Part shown: one piece after another, positions 1 through 8,074 of the stretch
Numbering within the stretch: the stretch's first letter is position 1
How the letters are laid out: every line of letters begins with the position of its first letter
Assembly: GCA_037442745.1 (NCBI GenBank)
Contig: JBBIPP010000012.1
Location: 1-36,601 of the forward strand
Length of the DNA stretch: 36,601 nt
Origin: an archaeon
GTDB taxonomy: Archaea > SpSt-1190 > DYHY01
Reading direction: 5' to 3'
Position numbers and translations under genes: made by a program
The notes under the pieces: generated by a model
Told to the model about the DNA's origin: nothing
Seen by the model: only the letters and a program-made list of their open reading frames with translations
Database searches by the model: none

Positions 1-127
1 TTGCTTTCAACTTCGAGAAAGTTCGTATTGCGGATTTTTCGCTAATCTTTGTCAATGGTTTAAAAAGACCCGGTTCTGGTAAGGAATCCAAAATGTTTAT
101 AACCTGACCTGCCATTCTGAGTGAAAA

Positions 128-454
128 ATGGCAAACACGTCTTTAGGGTTGGATGAGAAGCTTGAAAGCGCATTGGCATATCTTTTCGGTTGGATAACTG
201 GGCTGATATTCCTCTTTGCTGAAAAGAAGAACAAGACTGTCAGGTTCCATGCCCTCCAGTCAATTGCGGCTTCTATTGCGGTAATTGTTGTCTATTTCGT
301 GCTGGCTCTTGTGCCAGTTTTGGGCTGGATTCTCCTTCCTGTTTGGGGACTTGTCGTCTTTATCGGATGGATTTTCTGCATGATAAAGGCTTACCAAGGA
401 AAAGAATTTTTGATTCCCGTTGTTGGACCTTTTGTCAAGAAGCAGAAATTCTAA
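128..454 (+). CDS. DUF4870-like small membrane protein (3 TM)
   Basis: ALAYLFGWITGLIF...VRFHALQS...KAYQGKEFLIPVVG pattern typical of DUF4870/Tic20-like proteins; TATA-like tttataa upstream. Confidence 0.8.
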   Translation: MANTSLGLDEKLESALAYLFGWITGLIFLFAEKKNKTVRFHALQSIAASIAVIVVYFVLALVPVLGWILLPVWGLVVFIGWIFCMIKAYQGKEFLIPVVGPFVKKQKF

Positions 455-525
455 GCCAAAGGGCAAAATGTCTGCCAAGTAAAAAAGGGCGGACTCTCTT
501 TTATTATATTCTCCCTCTTTTGGAT

Positions 526-708
526 TCAAAAAACGCTTGTTATAACTAGGAATATCCCGCCAATAATCAGGACAATTGGGAATACCGGCAAATCCTTTGG
601 AAGTATTCCATATTCCTGCATTAGGAAAAATATTCCCAAAAGTATTAGAAATAGCCCGAGACCAGAAGGCCTCTTGCGCTCCCTTGCGAATTTCCCCGGC
701 TTTTCCAT
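526..708 (-). CDS. small 2-TM membrane protein (LiaI-LiaF/DUF5668-like)
   Basis: GLFLILLGIFFLMQEYGIL...FPIVLIIGGIFLV two-helix pattern. Confidence 0.65.
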   Translation of the reverse strand: MEKPGKFARERKRPSGLGLFLILLGIFFLMQEYGILPKDLPVFPIVLIIGGIFLVITSVF

Positions 709-728
709 TCTTTCTTCTTCTTCTCTCC

Positions 729-1250
729 CTAAAATGCCCTGAGTTCCAGCCCGAAGAGCGCGCTTTTCGCATCCTGCACGAACAGCATAGTCTCAAGTTT
801 CGAGAAATCTCCTAGCCTAGTAAGGGTGAATTTCTCAATATTCCCCTCGAAGAAGAGCCCTTTCGAATTCGCCTTGGAAACGATGTCTGCCTTCATTTTG
901 GCAAGTTCGGCCTCCTTCTGCGTTCCGGTGAGACAGGATAGCCTGTATGAGCGGGTTGTGTGGAAAATAAGCCTGTCTTTCAATATAACTAGGGTTCCCG
1001 GACACTCCCCTTTCTTTTTCACGAACGAGAAATTCTCAATGTGCGGAGCGCCGTAGAATAGGTCATCCGGACAATCTATTTTTGCCTTGCTTCCGATTAG
1101 GTCCATTTTCGCGAACCCTTTCCTTGTCGAATAGCCATCGTTGAAATTTTCCATTTCAACAAGGAACCTGATTGTCCCGATTAGTTCGGAGAATTCATAT
1201 TCCCTGAATTCAGCCGGCTCGAAAACGCTTGCAGGAGTTAGCTTTGCCAT
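729..1250 (-). CDS. hypothetical protein (173 aa)
   Basis: ATG-started ORF filling the gap in a run of minus-strand genes; no motif recognised. Confidence 0.65.
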   Translation of the reverse strand: MAKLTPASVFEPAEFREYEFSELIGTIRFLVEMENFNDGYSTRKGFAKMDLIGSKAKIDCPDDLFYGAPHIENFSFVKKKGECPGTLVILKDRLIFHTTRSYRLSCLTGTQKEAELAKMKADIVSKANSKGLFFEGNIEKFTLTRLGDFSKLETMLFVQDAKSALFGLELRAF

Positions 1251-1340
1251 TTTCGAACATCAGGTAAATGTCTTTTCCTTTTAACCTTTCGCCAATCTCG
1301 CCAAGCTCAAGATTTTGCGCCTTGTAGGATAGTAATCTTC

Positions 1341-2363
1341 TCAAAACTCCCTCTCAACAAGGAAATTGGCGAGCTTATCCAATTCTCCCTTTTCCATGCA
1401 GTCAGGAAGGTGCCTCTCTGCCACCTTCCAAGAATCCCTGACTAGCGTCAACGCCCTCTCTTTGCAGCGCTCAATTGCCCCGCTCTTTTTTATCAGAGAT
1501 ATTGCCCGCCCTATTTTCCTCGGATCCCTTGTGTGAATTGACAGTATTCTTTTCAGTTCAGCGCCCTCCCCCTTCCCGAGGGCTTTCAGGGCGTATATTA
1601 CTGCCAATGTCTTTTTTCCTTCGGTAATGTCCCCCCCTATTTTTTTCCCGAACTTTTTGAAATCGCCCGCCAGATCAAGGAGATCGTCTTTTATCTGGAA
1701 CGCTACCCCGAGGCTCTCCGCGAATGAATTTATCTCCTCCCTCCTTTTTCCGGGAATCCCAGCGACAATTCCCGCAAAATCAGACGCCATTCTTGCAAGA
1801 GTCCCTGTCTTGTATGCGCACATCTGGAGATACTGCCTTTCTGTTGGGTATATTGAATTCCTGTGCCACCAGATGTCCAGGCCCTGGCCGTGGGAGATCC
1901 GTATCATTCCAATCGAATAACTTTCAAGAAGGGCGAGCTTGCTTTTCTCGGGGATTTTCCCGTCAATTATCCCTTTCAAGGGAAGATAGTAGAGAGCGTT
2001 TCCGAGGTTTATTGAAACATCCGTTCCGTATATTCTGTGCAGTGTTGGCTTCCCCCGCCTCATTTTCGAGGAATCCTCGATATCGTCAATTACAAGCGTC
2101 CCGTTATGGACAATCTCAACAACTGCCCCAAGGTTGCACGGATCTTTCTTCCCGAAAGCTCCGAGAATTAGGGAAAAAATCTTCGGCCTCCACCTTTTCC
2201 CCCCCCGGTCGAAGAGCTCCCATGCAGGGGAATTTATGCATGCGTTTATTGAATTTAGGTCATATTCGAACTTGGGCTTTCCGAGAAGAGCCTCAACGCT
2301 TTTCCGAGTGTGCTTCCTAGGAACCGCTCTCTCGAGAAAATAGTCTGTTTCCCCTCTGGCCAT
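1341..2363 (-). CDS. polyprenyl (geranylgeranyl-type) diphosphate synthase
   Basis: GGKRWRP, FARM LVIDDIED..RRG, GQGLD, KTG, SARM FQIKDDLLD, DITEGKKT; start moved to ATG 2363 (MARGET). Confidence 0.93.
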   Translation of the reverse strand: MARGETDYFLERAVPRKHTRKSVEALLGKPKFEYDLNSINACINSPAWELFDRGGKRWRPKIFSLILGAFGKKDPCNLGAVVEIVHNGTLVIDDIEDSSKMRRGKPTLHRIYGTDVSINLGNALYYLPLKGIIDGKIPEKSKLALLESYSIGMIRISHGQGLDIWWHRNSIYPTERQYLQMCAYKTGTLARMASDFAGIVAGIPGKRREEINSFAESLGVAFQIKDDLLDLAGDFKKFGKKIGGDITEGKKTLAVIYALKALGKGEGAELKRILSIHTRDPRKIGRAISLIKKSGAIERCKERALTLVRDSWKVAERHLPDCMEKGELDKLANFLVEREF

Positions 2364-2407
2364 TCTTGAGAAAAGATTTAACAAGGTGGTTAAATAAATT
2401 CCCAAGA

Positions 2408-2722
2408 ATGGCTGAGGATTCGTTTTCGGAAAAAGTCTATTCCTTGCTGAAGAAGGTTCCTCGTGGAAAAGTCACTACATATTCAGCCCTTGCTCGAGCC
2501 GCCGGAAGGCCCGGAGCCGCAAGGGCTGTCGGAACCCTTATGCGGAAGAACGCCCGTCCGGAAGAGCTTCCCTGCTATCGTGTTGTCCGTTCAGACTGGT
2601 CTGTCGGGGAATATTCCGGCAAGGGAGGCTCTCCGGGAAAGGAGGCGCTGCTGAAAAAAGACGGGCTCCCGATAACTGGCAGGAAGATAAGCTCCCTTGA
2701 GAGTTTCCTTTTCGGATTTTGA
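2408..2722 (+). CDS. MGMT/Ogt-family alkylguanine DNA-binding/alkyltransferase protein (C-terminal domain only)
   Basis: VPRGKVTTYSALA, AARAVG, PCYRVV, YSG motifs; start ATG 2408. Confidence 0.88.
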   Translation: MAEDSFSEKVYSLLKKVPRGKVTTYSALARAAGRPGAARAVGTLMRKNARPEELPCYRVVRSDWSVGEYSGKGGSPGKEALLKKDGLPITGRKISSLESFLFGF

Positions 2723-3026
2723 AAGCGCCATTTATCGAATCTGCCTTCAGTTTTCCCGCAATTACCGCCGGTTTGGCAATCACGAAATATGTGACTGCGC
2801 ATAAGAGAGCGAGGATTCCGGACATTCCGTCAATAACCGCGTTCGGATGCTTCCCTGGGAGAGTTAGGAGAAAGTTGATTGTTTGAGAGTAAATCAGAAA
2901 ATATACTAGGACCGCAAACAAGGTGAACCTCGGAAGAAGCCCCTTGAAAACGTTGTTGAAGTTGGATGCGAACGCTAGTTTCCTGCGGTAACTTACTTCA
3001 GGACGAACAAAATTATCAGGTTACAT
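2538..3026 (-). pseudogene. putative 2-TM membrane protein gene with a stop at codon 2
   Basis: ATG 3026-3024 is followed at once by TAA 3023-3021, then the frame is open to 2538 with two hydrophobic segments; it starts 3 nt after the upstream wHTH stop. Confidence 0.5.
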
Positions 3027-3029
3027 TCC

Positions 3030-3485
3030 TTATTTTTCCCTTTCCTTTGCAAGCGCCTCTATTTCCGCGAGAGTCCGGAGTATTTCCGAGACCATGAGGC
3101 CGTCTATTTTGATGTCAGGCTCGTTCCAAGAATAATATATGTCGTTTCCCTCAATTATCTTGCTTATTAGCGAATGTTCCCCAGACTCTTCAATCAAGTT
3201 GTTCATGAAGCGCCATATATTGCTTCTGTCGTCATCCAGAGCTTGGGAAATCTGGATGTTCGTGAATTTTCTCCCCCTGTTTTTTGCGAGAAACAGAAGA
3301 ATCCTTCTCTGGTAGTTTGGGGTGATTTGCCTTATTGTGTTGACGAACGCCCGGGTTATTTTCTCGGCAAGAGCCCGTTTTTCTTCAGAAGGGGAACTGC
3401 CCGGTTTGTGGGAATTGTCACTTTCAGGAAGAGAATCCTCTCCAGTCCGCTGTCCCCTGTTTTGAACCACTGGATAATTGTACAA
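3030..3485 (-). CDS. winged helix-turn-helix transcriptional regulator
   Basis: QRRILLFLAKNRGRKFTNIQISQALDDDRSNIWRFMNNLIEE...LISKIIEGNDIYYSW, an HTH plus wing pattern. Confidence 0.75.
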   Translation of the reverse strand: MYNYPVVQNRGQRTGEDSLPESDNSHKPGSSPSEEKRALAEKITRAFVNTIRQITPNYQRRILLFLAKNRGRKFTNIQISQALDDDRSNIWRFMNNLIEESGEHSLISKIIEGNDIYYSWNEPDIKIDGLMVSEILRTLAEIEALAKEREK

Positions 3486-3507
3486 TTTTCCAATTTAAAT
3501 CTTTCTT

Positions 3508-3526
3508 GTTGTAAATTTAATACAAC
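3508..3526. promoter_or_regulatory. palindromic operator copy 1, GTTGTA-N7-TACAAC
   Basis: GTTGTA aatttaa TACAAC between a minus-strand TATA-like tataaaa and the wHTH start; two more copies at 4553 and 5402. Confidence 0.7.
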
Positions 3527-3745
3527 CGAAAGGCTTTTATACAAAATATTTGCAAATTACTGCCCGTAATATTCCCCCCTCCCAAGGGAATCCGGCTTTG
3601 TTGCTGAAAGGCAATTCGGCCGGAAGGGGCCTGTCGTCTTTTGGCAGGCCCTCACAAAAAATAACGCAAGAGTTCTATTCCGAAAACCCGAAAACCGCCC
3701 AGACAATTAAAGCTTATAATTGGGTTTGTGGAAAAGTCTTGCCGA

Positions 3746-4531
3746 ATGGTGAATCAACTTCAAGAGCAAGGCAATTCCGCTGGCAAAGGAAAGGAACGCC
3801 TTGAAACAATCAAAATATCCGACGCCCTCAAGCTCGAGCCATCCGAGGAAATTGTGAATGTCAAAGGAGTTGTTTCTTTCGCGGGAGGCCCTGACGAAAA
3901 AGATGGGTGGCTCTCAATCACAGACACTACGGACACAATCTATGCATGGGGCCCGCGGTTCGAGGGGAACGGGACTCTTTCGGGGAAAATAAACGTTTAT
4001 CAGGGGAGAAAATATCTCCAAGTCGAGCGGATAAGGAAACAGAAAAAAGAATCTCTCCTTCTGAAAATTCTCCCATTTGTCTTCCTTGTGGCAATACCCC
4101 TAGTCCTCTATTTCGGTATTTCAATGACATTCCCCGACTTTCACATTGCCGACATTATCGGGCCGAAAGAGCCCTATCCGGGGCTATCGGATCTGAAGAG
4201 AGACAAACTGACCTCATACAAGCTTGAGGCAATCTGGCACGAGGGAAATATTCTCTGCGCGGAGCTCCGAAACACCGGAAAAATGGTAATTCCAAAGGAA
4301 GACTTGGACAGAATAACCTTCTCTGTTGACAATTCCTCAATCTATTGGAACCGCTCAACTCTCCCGGAAAATCTAATGATCTGGAAGAGGTTTCCTCTTT
4401 GCCTCTGCGTTGAAAGCGGGGACGGGTGCCCGGATGGCCAAGTATTCTTCAAGTTCGAAAAAGTCGGCGGGAACTATCCGTCTGTCGAAATAGAAATCCG
4501 CCCCTGGTTCGGGGAAGTGAAGACAGGCTAG
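3746..4531 (+). CDS. membrane protein: N-terminal OB-fold-like domain, single TM, Cys-containing C-terminal domain
   Basis: VNVKGVVS...LSITDTTDTI...SGKINVYQGRKYLQVERI (OB-like); TM ILPFVFLVAIPLVLYFGI; ATG 3746. Confidence 0.7.
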   Translation: MVNQLQEQGNSAGKGKERLETIKISDALKLEPSEEIVNVKGVVSFAGGPDEKDGWLSITDTTDTIYAWGPRFEGNGTLSGKINVYQGRKYLQVERIRKQKKESLLLKILPFVFLVAIPLVLYFGISMTFPDFHIADIIGPKEPYPGLSDLKRDKLTSYKLEAIWHEGNILCAELRNTGKMVIPKEDLDRITFSVDNSSIYWNRSTLPENLMIWKRFPLCLCVESGDGCPDGQVFFKFEKVGGNYPSVEIEIRPWFGEVKTG

Positions 4532-4552
4532 TTTTCTCAAATATGTTAAATA

Positions 4553-4571
4553 GTTGTAGCCTAATTACAAC
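4553..4571. promoter_or_regulatory. palindromic operator copy 2, GTTGTA-N7-TACAAC
   Basis: GTTGTA gcctaat TACAAC directly after TATA-like gttaaata and 5 nt before ATG 4577. Confidence 0.7.
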
Positions 4572-4576
4572 AGCCA

Positions 4577-4915
4577 ATGGAACTCTCCCTCGCCCCGGGG
4601 CTTGTAGTGTCGGTATTTTACCTCCTCATCTATGCAATAGCCCTTCGGACAATAACTCTTCTTGTGTTCAAAAAAGTGACAATTTCCCACACATATGTCA
4701 CAATGACCAAAAAGGACCTTGTGTTCATTCTCCTTTTCTTCGGCCTCTTCTTCAACGGGTTCGTTCTTTTCATTTCTTCCGGAATTCTTCAGGGGCATAA
4801 TGAACTTCCTGTTGTAATAATTATTGACTTTATTCTTCGGATTCTGACAGCATTCTCAATTTTCGGGGCAGCAATTATTGCCAAAAAATCAGAGATTTTC
4901 GAGGAATTCGCATAA
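4577..4915 (+). CDS. hypothetical 3-TM membrane protein (112 aa)
   Basis: three hydrophobic segments; own TATA-like box and operator. Confidence 0.75.
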   Translation: MELSLAPGLVVSVFYLLIYAIALRTITLLVFKKVTISHTYVTMTKKDLVFILLFFGLFFNGFVLFISSGILQGHNELPVVIIIDFILRILTAFSIFGAAIIAKKSEIFEEFA

Positions 4916-5401
4916 ATAACCTTTATCAGATGGTAACGTTTTTTTCCAAAACAATTCATCCCTTCCAAAAAAGCAGGGAAATAACTAGCTACGGGAAATT
5001 GGAAACAATTTACCCGGGAGGAGCTGAAGGGGTTTCTAGACTGGGAACTTTCTCTTCTCCCTACCCCAGAAGGGGCTTTCAAATATGTGCACTGCACACA
5101 AGATTGCCGAATATTCAGCTAGCCATCAGATACCTGTTTTGTTTTTGCAGGAATAGGGTTCGAATCAGAAGGGGACAAACATATCCCTGTAAATAGGCTG
5201 GTAGCTAATTTTGAAACCGCTCTGATTCCAAAGGAAATAACTTGTTTTCTTGCTGATAGTCTGGAATTTGCAATCTTGCCTCTCTTTATGTAGTTGATTT
5301 AGGCAAATACTCAATAGGCATAACGAGTCAACCTCCCTGCCAATTGACCTTTGAAGCAGCTGAACCTTCGTCCCCATTCAGTCACTTTACAGAATAGCAC
5401 T

Positions 5402-5420
5402 GTTGTAAGGTATTTACAAT
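5402..5420. promoter_or_regulatory. palindromic operator copy 3, GTTGTA-N7-TACAAT
   Basis: GTTGTA aggtatt TACAAT with the same 7-bp spacer; adjacent tttaaa TATA-like box. Confidence 0.65.
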
Positions 5421-5453
5421 AACCTCTTTAAACAAAAAGTCGACATATATGTA

Positions 5454-5561
5454 TTGGAGGGGGGTAAAATAGTAGTGACTGGAGCACTGCTAGGAGCAAT
5501 AGTCGCACTTGCAGTTGCTAATGCAATATTGCTTCAGAAGATACTGGTTCTTCTGGAGTGA
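5454..5561 (+). CDS. possible small single-TM peptide (~35 aa) or gene remnant
   Basis: TTG-EGGKIVVTGALLGAIVALAVANAILLQKILVLLE-TGA; below the ORF-track length cutoff. Confidence 0.3.
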   Translation: MEGGKIVVTGALLGAIVALAVANAILLQKILVLLE

Positions 5562-5683
5562 GAACTGACCAACGAACGAACCCTAGGAAGAAAAATGGAC
5601 CAGAACACAACTACAAGACAGTATAATCGCTCTAATAACAACCTTTTTCAATTGGAAAAAACTTTTAATTGTCATTTTTAATT

Positions 5684-6730
5684 TTAAAACCATGAATCAA
5701 GACCCTTTTGTTTTTCCGCTTCATTTATCTCTTTTAAAACTTTATCAAGCGAATTTCGTATTCTTTCTTCTGCGAAATCGTGTCTAGAACACATTATTTC
5801 GACAATTTTGTCGGAATCAATTTTTTTCTTATCCAAATTACTTATAGTGTCATCAATAGCAGGTTTTTCAAATAATGAAGCCAAATTTTTCGGTTCTATT
5901 CCAAATGTCCAGGAACCTTTGAATGTTTCAAACAATTTGTCAAATTCTTTTCCAGTTTTTATTAATTTGAGAGCTTTTTTTGGTCCAATTCCCCTGATTC
6001 CGCCAGGATTATAATCAGTTCCAACAAGAATCCCAAGAATTATTAATTGTTCCCGGCTAATCCCAAGACCTTTCAGAACGCTCTCAAGCTCAATTATTTC
6101 AATTGGGACATCAACATATCTCGAGGTTCCGGGCATTTTCCGCTTGTTAGTTACGCTCAGGTTCCGTACAAGGCTCGGAGCCCCGAAAAGAAGGCAGTCA
6201 TAATCCTGACTTGCAACGAAATCAACAACCCCTTTCCTTGCGAGGAAACTTGCTTGCGCCTCCCCTTCGGTCGGAGCCTGGATAACAGGTATTCCAAGAG
6301 CTTCCAAAAGCTCCTTTGCCTCCTTTATCATTCCCTCATCAAGCCTGCTTGTTCTCTGGGAGAATTTCCTAGCGCTCTCAAAATCCCCCTCTTTCAGAGC
6401 CTCTTCGTATTTTTCCTCCGCTTCCTGCTTTGCCTTTTCCCTTGTTTTCAGGGTTTCGAGTTTCTCCGCCCTTGCTTTCCCATCGAAAACATAGGAAATT
6501 GATATCCCTGCCTCAATTAGCCGGAGGTTCCGGTAGAAAATTCCTGAGAGATGGCTTGTCACTCTCCCTTGGGAGTCCATAAGAGGTGTTCCGTCCTGCT
6601 GTCTTATTGTTGAGAGGAACTGGTAAATTGCGTTGAAAGCATCGACAGAGACCTTCTTTCCTCTGAAAAATCCGGGCTCTACGTTCCTTATTGCCTCTTC
6701 AGGTATTATTTCCCGGAGTTGAATGCCCAT
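5684..6730 (-). CDS. fen: flap endonuclease-1
   Basis: MGI..., VDAFNAIYQFLSTIRQQDGTPLMD, YVFDG, EGEAQA, SQDYD, GTDYNPGGIRGIGPKKAL, C-terminal PIP box QKGLDSWF; start ATG 6730. Confidence 0.97.
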   Translation of the reverse strand: MGIQLREIIPEEAIRNVEPGFFRGKKVSVDAFNAIYQFLSTIRQQDGTPLMDSQGRVTSHLSGIFYRNLRLIEAGISISYVFDGKARAEKLETLKTREKAKQEAEEKYEEALKEGDFESARKFSQRTSRLDEGMIKEAKELLEALGIPVIQAPTEGEAQASFLARKGVVDFVASQDYDCLLFGAPSLVRNLSVTNKRKMPGTSRYVDVPIEIIELESVLKGLGISREQLIILGILVGTDYNPGGIRGIGPKKALKLIKTGKEFDKLFETFKGSWTFGIEPKNLASLFEKPAIDDTISNLDKKKIDSDKIVEIMCSRHDFAEERIRNSLDKVLKEINEAEKQKGLDSWF

Positions 6731-6782
6731 TACCGGAAGGAAAACAACAACCATTTTATATCCTTTCCCGGAGGGGGCTTTC

Positions 6783-6989
6783 GTGGAAAGAAAAGAGCGC
6801 GTTCTCCTAATTGTCCTAGGGGTAATTGTTGCAATCTGGATTGTTGTCGGAGTCTTCAACTTCGGCTATGCATATTGGCCGGCGGTTGCCGGCGCTCTGA
6901 CAATACCCTTCCTTCTAATAGCCCTTTTCGTTGACAACCTTCCTTTCCTTCAAAAGGAAAGCGCGCCAAACAACCAAAAAAAGAACTGA
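6783..6989 (+). CDS. small 2-TM membrane protein
   Basis: GGAGGGGG SD-like sequence before GTG 6783; two hydrophobic segments; ends 3 nt before the next gene. Confidence 0.6.
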   Translation: MERKERVLLIVLGVIVAIWIVVGVFNFGYAYWPAVAGALTIPFLLIALFVDNLPFLQKESAPNNQKKN

Positions 6990-6992
6990 AAA

Positions 6993-7979
6993 ATGGCAAG
7001 AATTTCCGCCATTTCTGGAGGGGGCTTTCTTTTGGAAGACGGGGCGTTTTCCCTTGAACTCGATCCGAAAAGCCCGAGAGGCGATTTTGTGACAACGCAT
7101 GCCCATACGGACCATCTCCCGAGAAAAATTTCTTCGGATTCAAGGGCAATTGCCTCCACTGAAACAATTGACTTTGCCCGGGAACGCTATGGGATTTCCC
7201 TCCCTAACGGGCTCTCCTTGGAAAATGTCTCCCTTTCTGATGCTGGCCATATGGTCGGCTCGAAAATGGTGTCAATAGGAACATCCAAAGGAAAGGTCCT
7301 CTATACAGGGGATTTCTCAACAATTGACAGGTTCTTCCTCAAGGGAGCAAAGCCTGAGAAATGCAATGTCCTGATTGTTGACTCGACCTTCGCCCTTCCA
7401 GAATTCTCCTTTCCAAAAATCGAGGAAATAATAGAGTCTTCCCGGGCTTTCCTCGAATCATCGAAAAGCAAGAGGGCTGTTTTCTACGGCTATTCCTATG
7501 GCAAGGCTCAGGTCCTGACCCGCCTCGCAAAGGAGCTTGGAATTGTTCCGGTTGTCCAGGCAAATGTCTATTCAGCGAACAAAATCTCCGAGAGGCATGG
7601 AGCGGAAATAGGCAACTCCCTTCTCTTCGGGACAAAAGAGGCGGACAAACAGGTCTATTCTGGCGAGCCTTCAATTGTAATAGCCCCATTGACTGCGAAA
7701 AGCACAATATTCTCAAAAAAGCTCGAGTCCCTTGGCTTCCGCTCCGCAGTTTTCACTGGATGGGCGAAATCCCGGGGAAGGTTCCTTTCCGGATATGATT
7801 CCGCAATCCCCCTATCAGACCATGCCGGATTTTCCGAAATACTCTCATTTGTCGAGAAATGCTCCCCTGAAAAAGTTGTTGTTGCGCACGCGAAAAAAGG
7901 CTCGCCAATTGTATCGGCTCTCCAAGTCCTTGGCTTTGAAACCAATTTGGCTGAAAAGGGGTTTTCCCTAGAGTTCTGA
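6993..7979 (+). CDS. MBL-fold beta-CASP nuclease (SNM1/ligase-associated exonuclease-like)
   Basis: THAHTDH, AGHMVGS, LYTGDF, DSTF, GKAQ, TGW and LSDHA motifs. Confidence 0.9.
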   Translation: MARISAISGGGFLLEDGAFSLELDPKSPRGDFVTTHAHTDHLPRKISSDSRAIASTETIDFARERYGISLPNGLSLENVSLSDAGHMVGSKMVSIGTSKGKVLYTGDFSTIDRFFLKGAKPEKCNVLIVDSTFALPEFSFPKIEEIIESSRAFLESSKSKRAVFYGYSYGKAQVLTRLAKELGIVPVVQANVYSANKISERHGAEIGNSLLFGTKEADKQVYSGEPSIVIAPLTAKSTIFSKKLESLGFRSAVFTGWAKSRGRFLSGYDSAIPLSDHAGFSEILSFVEKCSPEKVVVAHAKKGSPIVSALQVLGFETNLAEKGFSLEF

Positions 7980-8074
7980 CTGCCTTCAGAACCACTCGAA
8001 AATAGTTTAAAATCTCTTGAAAATAGTGAATATTATAAACAGGTCTGTCCTGTTTTGTTCTTGGAAGGGGAAAA

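Noticed and set aside
1-55. Possible minus-strand gene starting at TTG 55 and running off the left edge
   Set aside because: Only 18 codons are visible; cannot be supported
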